From Candidatus Altimarinota bacterium (lineage in GTDB: Bacteria > Patescibacteriota > Gracilibacteria > UBA4473): DNA of 64,000 nucleotides. Under the pieces are notes generated by a model. That model worked only from the letters and a program-made list of their open reading frames with translations, did not search any database and had not been told where the DNA came from. How positions within the stretch are numbered: the stretch's first letter is position 1; each line of letters begins with the position of its first letter. The stretch covers positions 11,283-75,282 of the forward strand of contig JAHDHX010000001.1 in the NCBI GenBank assembly GCA_020631075.1, written 5' to 3'. This document shows, one piece after another, positions 19,327-29,200 of this stretch. A program made the position numbers and the translations under genes.

Positions 19327-19701
19327 ATGCGTATTGCAGGTGCTAGTATTCCCGACGAGAAGCGAATTGTGATCGCTTTGACTTACATATATGGTGTGGG
19401 GCCGAAGTTGTCGGCTGATATTTTGAAAAAAACGAAAATCGATCAGTCGACGCGGGTGAAAGACCTGACGGCTGATCAAGAGTCTTCCTTGCGTGAAGCA
19501 GTGGGTGAGTATGTGGTGGAGGCCGATCTGCGGCGTGAAGTGTCTATGAATATTAAGCGTTTGCAAGACATTGGTTCTTACCGTGGGTATCGTCATCGTC
19601 GGCGCTTGCCGGTCCGTGGGCAGCGCACCAAGACCAATGCGCGCACGCGACGAGGGAAGAAGGGGGCGGCTATTACTAAAAAGAAAGTGGCTACTAAATA
19701 A
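19327..19701 (+). CDS. rpsM: 30S ribosomal protein S13
   Basis: [37 protein letters not shown]. Confidence 0.98.
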   Translation: MRIAGASIPDEKRIVIALTYIYGVGPKLSADILKKTKIDQSTRVKDLTADQESSLREAVGEYVVEADLRREVSMNIKRLQDIGSYRGYRHRRRLPVRGQRTKTNARTRRGKKGAAITKKKVATK

Positions 19702-19725
19702 TCTCCTTTATTTTACTTTTGCACT

Positions 19726-20106
19726 ATGGCAGCGACCAAGAAGAAAAAAATCAAAAAGTCATTTCAGCACGGGAAAGTGTTTATCCGTGCGCGATACAAT
19801 AACACCTTTGTGACGTTAACTGACCCTGATGGAAACGTGCTGGCGTGGAGTTCGCCTGGGGCGAATGGCTTTAAGGGGGCGCGACAGTCGACGCCTTATG
19901 CTGGTCAAGTGTCAGCGGAAGCGGTGGCAGAAAAGGCGCAAGCATTTGGCATGGAAACTGTTGATGTTATCATCAAGGGGACTGGGCCTGGTCGTGACCA
20001 GACAGTTCGTGGCCTGATGAATGGAGGGTTGAACGTGGTTTCGATCATGGATCGTTCACGGTTGCCGCATGGGGGGTGTCGGCCGCGTCGTCAGCGGAAA
20101 GTTTAA
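19726..20106 (+). CDS. rpsK: 30S ribosomal protein S11
   Basis: YNNT, GFKGARQSTPYA, GPGRD, PHGGCRP. Confidence 0.98.
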   Translation: MAATKKKKIKKSFQHGKVFIRARYNNTFVTLTDPDGNVLAWSSPGANGFKGARQSTPYAGQVSAEAVAEKAQAFGMETVDVIIKGTGPGRDQTVRGLMNGGLNVVSIMDRSRLPHGGCRPRRQRKV

Positions 20107-20118
20107 TCGTTTTATACT

Positions 20119-20733
20119 ATGAGATACACTGGACCGAAAGCTCGATTGTGTCGCCGTGAGGGAGTGAACCTCTTTGGCTCACAGAAATACCAAAAGATTA
20201 TGGGACGAAGTCCTAATATTCCTGGTATGCACGGTGGCAAGCGCCAAGGAAAGTTGTCTGAGTACGGTAAGCAGCTGCGTGAAAAGCAAAAAGCGAAACG
20301 TATGTATGGCCTGTCTGAAAAACAATTTTACAAGTATTACCAAAAAGCGGTGCAGTCCAAGCAGGTCACTGGCTTTGCTTTGCTGCAGCAGCTTGAGTTG
20401 CGTCTGGACAACGCGGTGTATCGTGCTGGGTTTGCGCTCACCCGCGCTCAAGCGCGACAGTTTGTGTCTCATGGTTTATTCTTGGTCAATGGTCGTCGAG
20501 TGGATGTGCCGTCGATTAAGGTTCGTCCTGGGGACATAGTAGAGGTGCGGTCTTCCCGTAAAGGTTCGCCAGTGTTTAAGCACAATCGTGAAGAGCAAGA
20601 GAAATATGCAGCTCCTAACTGGTTGAAGGTTGACGTGCGTGATTTGAAGTTTGAAATTGTATCTCTGCCTGAGCAATCTCACTTTGAACCATTGATTCAG
20701 CCCCAAATGATCGTAGAATTCTATTCGCGATAG
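20119..20733 (+). CDS. rpsD: 30S ribosomal protein S4
   Basis: MRYTGPK, SEYGKQLREKQK, LELRLDN, QARQFVSHG, VEFYSR. Confidence 0.98.
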   Translation: MRYTGPKARLCRREGVNLFGSQKYQKIMGRSPNIPGMHGGKRQGKLSEYGKQLREKQKAKRMYGLSEKQFYKYYQKAVQSKQVTGFALLQQLELRLDNAVYRAGFALTRAQARQFVSHGLFLVNGRRVDVPSIKVRPGDIVEVRSSRKGSPVFKHNREEQEKYAAPNWLKVDVRDLKFEIVSLPEQSHFEPLIQPQMIVEFYSR

Positions 20734-20758
20734 ATTTTCTTTCTGTTTTTCCCTGCGT

Positions 20759-21772
20759 ATGCACATTATTCACGAGGTTATTGGCTCGGCACAGCTCTAT
20801 CTAGAGGAAACGTCTAAGATGGAGGCGTCGGTGAAGTTTACGCCCTTGCCAGAAGGCTATGGGGTGACTATCGGCAATAGTCTGCGCCGTGTGTTGCTGT
20901 CGAGTTTGCCAGGTACGGCTGTGACGGGGATTAAATTTCCTGGTTACACCCATGAATACACGGCGGTCAAGGGCGTGAAAGAGAGTTTGTTTGATGTAAC
21001 GCTGAATTTGCGTGAGTTGCAACTCAACAAGCACACCAAGGGCGTAGAAGTGATCGAATTGCCTCTAAAAAAATCAGGCGTATTGACGGCTAAAGATCTC
21101 AAGGTCTCTTCTGATATTGAAATCCTTGACCCTGAACAGGTAATTATGACTTGTGATGGTGCAGACGCAAAAGTGAAGGTTCAGATCCGCGTCGAAAAAG
21201 GGGTAGGGTATCGTTTGGTAAACAACATTGATAACTCTTCGGAGGAAGATCCTGAAATGATCCTCATTGATGCGGATTTCTCACCCGTCAAGCACGTGCG
21301 GTACCAAGTAGAGCCTGCGAGGGTCGGTGAATTGACCAACCTCGATGAGCTGAACCTGACGGTGAAGACCGATGGAGGAATAGAAGCTGTGAAGGCCATT
21401 AAGCTGGCTTCAAACTTGCTGCAAGATTACTTCGCCCTGTTTAATGTCGATGACGCGTACACTGACGAAGAGTTTACGACGTCATTTGAAGAGCTGAAAA
21501 AACGAAAAGAGTCAGAAGAACTTGCGGCACAAAAGGCGCAAGAGACTTCATTCACGCCGATTGATATTTTGGGCTTGAGCCAACGCACCTTGAACGCCTT
21601 GGTCAATGGTGGGGTAACCTCCGTCGAGCAGCTCCTGACGACGCCGATGAGCCAGTTGGTTCAGTTGCGTGGTTTCGGGCAAAAAGCGAAATCAGAACTT
21701 GAGCAAGTGCTCAAAGAGCGTGGCTATACTCCTGGTATGCCACCACAACCAACCCAAGCCCCGGCCGCTTAA
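20759..21772 (+). CDS. rpoA: RNA polymerase alpha subunit
   Basis: PLPEGYGVTIGNSLRRVLLSSLPG, HEY, IDADFSPV; CTD motif LGLSQRTLNAL..GFGQK. Confidence 0.97.
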   Translation: MHIIHEVIGSAQLYLEETSKMEASVKFTPLPEGYGVTIGNSLRRVLLSSLPGTAVTGIKFPGYTHEYTAVKGVKESLFDVTLNLRELQLNKHTKGVEVIELPLKKSGVLTAKDLKVSSDIEILDPEQVIMTCDGADAKVKVQIRVEKGVGYRLVNNIDNSSEEDPEMILIDADFSPVKHVRYQVEPARVGELTNLDELNLTVKTDGGIEAVKAIKLASNLLQDYFALFNVDDAYTDEEFTTSFEELKKRKESEELAAQKAQETSFTPIDILGLSQRTLNALVNGGVTSVEQLLTTPMSQLVQLRGFGQKAKSELEQVLKERGYTPGMPPQPTQAPAA

Positions 21773-21790
21773 ACATAATTTTCCCTTTCT

Positions 21791-22150
21791 ATGAGACATC
21801 GCGTAAAGAAACATATCCTCAATCGTCCAGCTGACCAGCGGAAAGCGCTGGTGCGCAATCTCGTGACTTCCTTATTCCTCTACGGTAAAGTGAAAACCAC
21901 GGAATCTAAGGCTCGGGCGCTGAAGTCAGAGGCTGAAAAGCTCATTACGGCGGTGAAGCGCCAACCGGAAGATCGCAATGCGATTCGTATGCTGACTAAA
22001 ACGATTTTCACAGAAGAAGCCTCCAAAAAAGCCTTGGCTTACATTAAGGGGACAGAAAAAATTTCTGGGTATACTCGTGCAACAAAGCTGGGGTACCGTG
22101 CTGGTGACAATGCCTTGCTCGTGCAGGTAGAACTCTTGCCTCACTCATAA
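21791..22150 (+). CDS. rplQ: 50S ribosomal protein L17
   Basis: MRHR, RKALVRNL, KTTESKA, GYTR, RAGDNA. Confidence 0.97.
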   Translation: MRHRVKKHILNRPADQRKALVRNLVTSLFLYGKVKTTESKARALKSEAEKLITAVKRQPEDRNAIRMLTKTIFTEEASKKALAYIKGTEKISGYTRATKLGYRAGDNALLVQVELLPHS

Positions 22151-22159
22151 TAATTTTCG

Positions 22160-22606
22160 ATGACATTTTTGAAAAAAACCAGTCTCAAACAAAACATTAC
22201 TGCGGGTGATCGTCAGTGGTTTGTGATAGATGCCAACCAACAGCGCCTCGGTAAACTGGCAGCACTGGTGGCTAATAAGCTCCGTGGGAAAGATGAACCC
22301 AGCTTTACGCCTCACTCTGACTGTGGCAACTACGTGGTGGTGCTCAACGCGGAAAAAATTGCTGTGTCTGGTAATAAAGAGTCAGACAAGATGTATTACC
22401 GTCACTCTGGGTACTTGGGTCACCTAAAAGAAGAAAGTCTCTCGGTGGTGCGTGCAAAGACTCCAGAACGTATCTTGAGGGATGCTATCAGTGGAATGCT
22501 CCCGAAGAATAAACTGCGGAATAAAGCCTTAGAACGTCTGACGCTGGTGATCGGTGGTGAAAACCCCCACGCAGCCCAGAAACCAACAGAACTCACCCTC
22601 AATTAA
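22160..22606 (+). CDS. rplM: 50S ribosomal protein L13
   Basis: WFVIDA, LRGK..FTPHSDCG, YYRHSGY, GMLPKN, PHAAQKP. Confidence 0.98.
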   Translation: MTFLKKTSLKQNITAGDRQWFVIDANQQRLGKLAALVANKLRGKDEPSFTPHSDCGNYVVVLNAEKIAVSGNKESDKMYYRHSGYLGHLKEESLSVVRAKTPERILRDAISGMLPKNKLRNKALERLTLVIGGENPHAAQKPTELTLN

Positions 22607-22608
22607 TC

Positions 22609-23007
22609 ATGACAAATCGTGCGTATTTTTATGGTCTCGGGAAAAGAAAAACGGCTCGAGCCACTGTGAAGCTCTTTCCAGAAGGTTCGGGAGAAATTAC
22701 CGTCAATGGCATGACGCTCAGTGAATGGGCTGACACATACCAAATCCAAAAGGTGCTGCTAGCTCCGTTAGAAGTGCTTTCGCTCAAGAAAGATGTGGAT
22801 CTTGAAATCCGTGTGAGCGGTGGTGGAAAGTCGGCTCAAGCAGACGCCGCCAAGCTGGGGATAGCACGAGCACTGGTGCGAAAAGATATGAGTTACAAGC
22901 TGCAACTCAAGGAGGATGATATGCTGACCCGTGACTCCCGCGTGAAAGAGCGAAAAAAACCTGGACTCAAGCGAGCACGACGAGCACCGCAGTTCTCAAA
23001 ACGTTAG
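22609..23007 (+). CDS. rpsI: 30S ribosomal protein S9
   Basis: GKRKTA, VSGGG, GIARAL, LTRDSRVKERKKPG..AR..QFSKR. Confidence 0.98.
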   Translation: MTNRAYFYGLGKRKTARATVKLFPEGSGEITVNGMTLSEWADTYQIQKVLLAPLEVLSLKKDVDLEIRVSGGGKSAQADAAKLGIARALVRKDMSYKLQLKEDDMLTRDSRVKERKKPGLKRARRAPQFSKR

Positions 23008-23025
23008 ACCGCTTGAATTTGGTGT

Positions 23026-23059
23026 TACAAAAAATCCTCCACGCGGAGGTTTTTTTGTA
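23026..23059. terminator. Bidirectional terminator after rpsI
   Basis: TACAAAAAATCCTCC-acgc-GGAGGTTTTTTTGTA. Confidence 0.85.
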
Positions 23060-23063
23060 GGTG

Positions 23064-24098
23064 CTAGCTGGTGGGCGGGTGAAAGGTGAGGCAGAGATCG
23101 CCTTGCCGTGATTGTATCTCAGTCATTTGATAATCCTCCCAACGGGTAGGCGGCCAGCTGGGTGTATTTTTATTGATGTTTTGGTGGTAATAATTCGAGG
23201 CGATGTGGAGTTGAATTTCGTTAGCAAGGCCAGCGTCGATGAGGGCGCTGCAGAGCGTTGGGCCGCACTCGGTCATGAGGCTGCGGTAGCCGAGTTTATA
23301 CATATGTATGAGGGCGTCGGCGAGTGGCTGGCTGGGAAGGTGGTGCACGGTGCGGGGGGCGTGGGTGTGGGCGTCAGTGTGGCGGGGCAGCGAGGTGTTG
23401 CCGAAGATGATCAAGTCGGGGTCAGAGTGAGGATGGAGAAGAGAAGACTGTGTCAGCCTGACATTGAGCTGGGGATTGTCGGCGATGATGGTGGCGGGGG
23501 TGGTGAGAATGGTGTCATGCTGAGCTCTGAGCTCGTGCACGTGCTGGCGGGTGGTGGCGCTGGTGATGTGGGGTGAATGCGGGTTGACCCATTGGCCAGC
23601 GAGTGATTGGGCGATCTTAACGGTCAGGTAAGGCCGCTGTTGCTGGGTGGCGGTAAGCCAAAACCGATTGACGGAGTGACAGCCAGTGTGCTGGACATAG
23701 TGCGCGGCGACGCCCTGCTGGCGCAGATGCGCGAGGTTGGCACCAGACCAGGTGGGGTCGAGTGAGCCGACGATGACCTGGGCGGGGCGGAGTGCCGTCA
23801 GGCGGCCGACGCAGGCGGGGGTGCGTTTGCCGGTGAAGTGGGCGCAGGGTTCAAGAGTGATGTAAACGGTGGCTGTCTGGACGTCGCTGGGGGTGAGACC
23901 GTGCAGGGCGACGGCTTCGGCGTGGGGGCCGCCGACGTGCGTGTGAGCGCCTTGGGCGATGAGGTGGCCGTCTCTGACTACTACGCAACCGACTCGTGGG
24001 TTGGGGCGGGTGGCGTGAGGGTCAACGTGCTGGGCGAGGCGAGCGGCGTGGTCAAGCCAGGCTGTGTGCACGGAGGATGTATTTGCCGTAGAGGTCAT
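23064..24098 (-). CDS. ribD: Bifunctional riboflavin deaminase/reductase
   Basis: PNPRVGCVVV, HAE, TLEPC..RTPAC (Zn deaminase), ADNPQL, ECG; adjacent to riboflavin synthase. Confidence 0.92.
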   Translation of the reverse strand: MTSTANTSSVHTAWLDHAARLAQHVDPHATRPNPRVGCVVVRDGHLIAQGAHTHVGGPHAEAVALHGLTPSDVQTATVYITLEPCAHFTGKRTPACVGRLTALRPAQVIVGSLDPTWSGANLAHLRQQGVAAHYVQHTGCHSVNRFWLTATQQQRPYLTVKIAQSLAGQWVNPHSPHITSATTRQHVHELRAQHDTILTTPATIIADNPQLNVRLTQSSLLHPHSDPDLIIFGNTSLPRHTDAHTHAPRTVHHLPSQPLADALIHMYKLGYRSLMTECGPTLCSALIDAGLANEIQLHIASNYYHQNINKNTPSWPPTRWEDYQMTEIQSRQGDLCLTFHPPTS

Positions 24099-24681
24099 AT
24101 TCGATGTTGAGAGAGTCGCCTATCTGTCGCTGGTGCAGGGTGGTGTGTGTCCATGTGTGGTGAATAATGGAGACTTCAAACCAGTCGGGCCCGAGGGTCG
24201 AAACGGTGAGGGCGATGCCGTCGAGGGTGATGGAGCCTTTATCAATGAGGTTGGGTTGTCGCTCTGGGGGGAGGTCGACTCGTAGCACCCAGTGGTCGGC
24301 CTGTTGGCGGCGGTCAAGGATGGGGCTGAGGCCGTCCACGTGGCCGAGCACCATGTGGCCGCTGTTGCGTTGGCCGATCTGGGCGGAGCGTTCAAGGTTT
24401 ACGGTCGTGCCTGCAGTGAGGCTGCCAAAGGTTGTCAGTTGGCGTGACTGGGCCATGACCTCGACAGTGAAGGTCTGGGCGGTGTGCTGCACCACGGTGG
24501 TGCACATCCCCGAAAGGGCAATTGACTCGCCCAGTGTCAGGGTGTCCCCCCATGGGTGGGTGACGGTGTAGAGCCAGTATTGTGCGGGATTGTCGGTGAC
24601 TGGGTGGTCGCTCGGCGGCTTTTGGGGGGCGACGGTGATGTCGGTCACGGTGCCGATGGCTTCGATGATGCCAGTAAACAT
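24052..24681 (-). CDS. ribE: Riboflavin synthase (alpha chain)
   Basis: MFTGII, GESIALSGMCTTV, VNLER, GHMVLGHVDG, KGSITLDGIALT, NIEYD. Confidence 0.96.
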   Translation of the reverse strand: MFTGIIEAIGTVTDITVAPQKPPSDHPVTDNPAQYWLYTVTHPWGDTLTLGESIALSGMCTTVVQHTAQTFTVEVMAQSRQLTTFGSLTAGTTVNLERSAQIGQRNSGHMVLGHVDGLSPILDRRQQADHWVLRVDLPPERQPNLIDKGSITLDGIALTVSTLGPDWFEVSIIHHTWTHTTLHQRQIGDSLNIEYDLYGKYILRAHSLA

Positions 24682-24693
24682 GGGGGAGAGCTT

Positions 24694-25299
24694 TTAGAAA
24701 TCCAGCTGGCGAAGCCGACTGAGCCACGTTTCACGTTCGGGGAGGGTGCTCTGGCGTACATTGCCCAGGGCGTAGGTGAGGAAGGCGCGCCAGCTGACCC
24801 CAGCGAAGGTGAAGAGACCAAAGATTTGTTTGGTGAGGAGCTGCTGCCACCAGAGGAGACGGTAGAAGTAGCGGGGGCCGTCGGCTGTCCAGACGGTGAT
24901 GACCCGTCGGGTGCGGAGAAACCCGACTGGCACGCCGAGTTTGCCCAACAGTGGGAGGGTGAGGCTTTTGAAGCGGAAGTGTTTTTTGGCTTGGATGCTG
25001 CCGTCGAGGAGGTTTTTGAATGCACCGGGGACAGAGTAGTTCCACATGGGGCAACAGAGGGCAATGGTGTCGGCCTGGCTGATGGCTTGGGCGACGGGGT
25101 CAAACTCAGGCGGGAAGCCGTCGGTGGCGATGTCGCCGACTAAAGGAAAATCAAAGGCTTCGAAGTGGGTGACGGTGTAGCCTTTGGCTTCGGCGTTGGC
25201 CCGTAGGGCGTCGGCCGCGGCGTAGCAGAGCGAACCTGCCCGCTTGGGGTGGGCGGTGAGCAGCAGGAAGGATTTGGGGTCGGGGGTGAGGGGAGTCAT
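24694..25299 (-). CDS. Flavodoxin-fold NAD(P)H-dependent oxidoreductase (Flavodoxin_2)
   Basis: AHPKRAGS, ADTIALCCPMWNYSVPGAFKNLLD, TADGP. Confidence 0.85.
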   Translation of the reverse strand: MTPLTPDPKSFLLLTAHPKRAGSLCYAAADALRANAEAKGYTVTHFEAFDFPLVGDIATDGFPPEFDPVAQAISQADTIALCCPMWNYSVPGAFKNLLDGSIQAKKHFRFKSLTLPLLGKLGVPVGFLRTRRVITVWTADGPRYFYRLLWWQQLLTKQIFGLFTFAGVSWRAFLTYALGNVRQSTLPERETWLSRLRQLDF

Positions 25300-25322
25300 G
25301 GTGATGGGAAATAGGGGCAAAA

Positions 25323-25973
25323 TTAGGCAGAAGATTGGTCGAGTGATTGGAGTTTGGCGATGGTTTGTGAGCGTTGGTCAGCGGGGAAATTCATCAAAAA
25401 GGAGCCAACGACGCAGATGTCACCGCCAGCCTTGGCAATGAGCGGGATCTGCTCTGGTTTCACGCCGCCATCAAACTCAATCTCGCCTGTGTAGCCGCGC
25501 TCGCGCAGCATTTTACATTTCACGAGGCTCTGCGGGAGGAAGGCCTGACCGCCGAGGCCTGCTTTCACAGACATGATGAGCACCTGGTCGGCGAGGTTGA
25601 GGACTTCGTCAGTGAGATAGGCGGGTGAGGTGTAGCCGTCGATAGAGATGCCAGCCCGTATGCCTTGCGCTTTGATGAATTTGAGGAGGTTGAGCGCGCT
25701 GGTGAGGCCAGTGGCTTCGATGTGAAAGGTGATGGTGTGGGCACCTGTTTTTATCCATTGGGGGACAAAATTTTCTGGGTGTTGCACCATGAGGTGGACT
25801 TCGTGGGGGAGGGGGACTTCGATCTGGGTGAAGAGGTCGGGCCCGAAGGTGAGGGCGGGGACGTAGTGGCCGTCCATGATGTCAAGATGGAGGCGGTCGG
25901 CGTCGGCGAGAGAGTTGATCTCGAGCTGGAGGTGGCCGAAGTGGGCGTTGAGAATGGAGGGGGCGATCTGCAT
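25323..25973 (-). CDS. rpe: Ribulose-phosphate 3-epimerase
   Basis: IAPSIL, HLDIMDGHYVP, HLMV, MSV..G.GGQAF, DGGV, VGS. Confidence 0.96.
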   Translation of the reverse strand: MQIAPSILNAHFGHLQLEINSLADADRLHLDIMDGHYVPALTFGPDLFTQIEVPLPHEVHLMVQHPENFVPQWIKTGAHTITFHIEATGLTSALNLLKFIKAQGIRAGISIDGYTSPAYLTDEVLNLADQVLIMSVKAGLGGQAFLPQSLVKCKMLRERGYTGEIEFDGGVKPEQIPLIAKAGGDICVVGSFLMNFPADQRSQTIAKLQSLDQSSA

Positions 25974-26201
25974 GGTGGTGGGCAACGAAATGAAGTGGGC
26001 GTGGCCGTCTGAAGATGGGGGACGGATGGGCCTTGGCACGGTGGGGATGATATGTTACAACGGAGGGGAATGCGAGTGACCGAGGGACGATTTTTTCGTC
26101 GGTTATTCTGACAATGGTTTTCGTGCGCTGGGCCCTGTGCGTGCAGGTGACTGACAGCGTTGCGTGATTGTCGCTCTCATGCTTCTTTTCCCTTCCCCTT
26201 G

Positions 26202-29200
26202 ATGCGGGTGCACCGATACCGACGGCGACGACGCCAATCACCCGTCAGTCGGGGGGCGAGGCTCAAGCAATGGTTGGGTGACCGCTGGGCGGGGCTGGGG
26301 GCGGTGCTGCGAGGGCTGCGCCCGAGTGGCGGAGGTGGGTTTGACCGACTACCTGCCCCCGTCGACAAACCCCAGCGACCGTGGTGGAAAAAACTCCTCT
26401 GGTGGGGGTGCTGTGCTGGGGTGGGGGTGCTGGTCTTGCTGGTGGCGTATGCGGTCTTATGGCTGCCTTCGGTGGCGGGGGCAGCGGAGTTGGACTTCTC
26501 TGAGTCGACGGTGATCTATGATCGGGGGGCGCTGGCGGAGGGGGCGAACCCTGAAGAGCATATTTTGTATGTGATACACGGGGATGAAAACCGCAGCTAT
26601 GTGCCGTTGAGTGATATTTCACCAGCGGTGGTGAACGCAACGCTGGCGATCGAAGATGATCAATTTTACAGTCACTGGGGGTTTGACATTGGGGGGATAG
26701 TGAAAGCGGTGGCGAACCGATTTTTCGGGATTGGGTCGGCGCGGGGAGGGTCGACGATCACCCAGCAACTGGTCAAAAATACCTTTCTTTCCTCCGAACG
26801 GACGCTGACGCGGAAGCTGAAAGAAATCCTGCTGTCGGTGAAAGTCGAGGCGGCTTACACCAAAGACCAAATCTTGGAAATGTACCTGAATAAGGTCTTT
26901 TATGGTTCGAATGCGTATGGGGTGGAGGCGGCCGCGCAGGCGTTTTTTAGTAAATCAGCCAAGGACATCACGGTGGCGGAGGCGAGTATCTTAGCCAGTT
27001 TGATTAATCGTCCGACGTACTTTTCCCCGTATGGAAACAACATTGACGCGCTGATGGGTGACCCCGAAGCGGAAAAGCTGGGGCGGAAAGACCTCGTGCT
27101 GCGGCGGATGGCGACGCTGGGGATGATCACTGAAGAGGAGCAGGCGGCAGCGGTGGCGGAAGCGGCGGCGCTGGAATTCCAGCCGAATATTACGGATATA
27201 CGCGCGCCGCACTTTGTGTTTTATGTCCAACAATTGATCGAAGATCGCTATGGGAAAGAGTTTTTGAAAAATGGTGGTTTGCAGATCTACACCACGCTCG
27301 ACCCAGCGGTGCAGACCGTTGCGGAAGACACGGTGAGTGAGCGCACGGCCGACTATGCCAGTAAATATGATGCGACTAACGCCGCCCTGGTGGGGATTAA
27401 CCCTGACAACGGGGAAATCTTGGCCTATGTGGGGGGGCGGGATTATTTCGATGAGGAAAACAAAGGCCAAGTGGACGTCTTGACGCGTTCGCGGCAGCCT
27501 GGGTCGAGCTTTAAGCCGATGGTGTATGCGGCGGCTTTTGAGCAGGGGTATGCGCCGTCGACGGTGGTGTTTGACGTGGAAACAGACTTTGGGGGGAATT
27601 ATACACCGCAAAACTTTGATGGAAAGTTCTCGGGGCCGGTGTCGGTGCGGCGGGCGCTGAACGCGAGCCTGAACATCCCTGCGGTGAAGATGGCGTATCT
27701 GGCGGGGGTGAAGAATGTGATTGATTTTGCGGATAAGCTGGGGATCAAAATGGGGGGGACGCCGTATGACCTTGGGGTGGCGGTGGGGATAGGGGTGGCG
27801 GAGGTGGAGCCGCTGAGTCACATTAATGCCTTTACGGCCTTTGCGGGGGACGGGGCGTACTTTGAGCCGTTAGCCATCCTTGAGGTGCGAAACAGCGAGG
27901 GGAAGACGCTGGAGCGGTTTGATGACGCTGATGATCGTAAAATGAAGGGGATAGACCCTGAGACGGCCGCGCTGGTGCGGAACATCCTGACTGATGAGTC
28001 AACGCGGCCGACGACGAATGGGTTTGACTGGAATAAATATCTGCAGCTGGATGGCTACAACAACGCCGCCAAGACAGGGACGTCAAACCGACAACTGCCC
28101 AACCCTGCTTACCCAGCGAGTAGCCCAGACGAGACGATTCTGGCACCTGGGGACTCGTGGACGGTGGGGTTCACGCCACACCTAGTGGCGGGGGTGTGGG
28201 TGGGAAACAACAACGGGTCAGCCATGAAACCCGGGGCCACGGGGATGACGGTGGCGGCGCCGATCTGGCAGGAATTCATGGCCGAAGCGCACGCTGTGCT
28301 GGTGGAGCAGGGGGCGGACCCTGAGAAGGGGTACAACGAGCCGAAGCTGCTGGAGGTGCGGCGGGTGAATAAATTTTCGGGGAAGCTGGCGAATGAGAAC
28401 ACGCCGTCGGGGCTGGTGACCGAGGGGTACTTTGCAAGCTATAACACGCCGACGGAGTATGATGAGAGCCTGAAGTCGGTGCTGGTGGACGTGCTGACGG
28501 GTTTGCCCCCGACAGAGGAAACCCCCGAAGAAGACCGACAATATCGGCAAATCTTGAGCTTGACCTCACTGCAGCCTGAAAAACCAAACTGGGAAAACCC
28601 CGTGCAAAAATGGTTGGCGGGGCACCCGCACTGGGTGCATAGCTTGGGGGTGAGCCTGGGGCAAAGTGCGGGCGATAAAGCAGAAATCGAACGGAAATTG
28701 GCGGAGCGTCGAGAGCGGTTGGCGGAAGATAAAATTAAGCTGGATGAACTGTATGAAGCCCAAGACGCGGCCGAAGCGCAGGCAGCGAAAGCGGAACGTG
28801 AGGCTGCGCAGCGAGCGCAGATTGATAACATTTATCAGCAGCCAGACCCTGCACCAACCACCACAGGGGTAAGCCCAACACCAGTGGCACCAACCAACAA
28901 TGGGGTGAAGTTTGGCTTGCTGACGCCCGTGGATGGGGCGCGAGTGGGGGAGGGATTTCGTGCGCAGGTGCGGGTGCCGAGCGGAAAGCGGCCGATCAAT
29001 GTGGAGTACCTACTCAACGGTGAGCTGCTGCACCGTGTGGTGCGGGCGGACTGGTCCAAGCAGCTGCGGGTGCCACGGCAGATGCGTGACTTGCCGCAGG
29101 TGACGCTGACGGCGAGGGTGAAGTATAGCGATGGGTCGACAGATGAGGCTAAAGTTACCCTGAAGCTGGGGGGAGAGGTGGTGACGCCACCACCAGTGAC

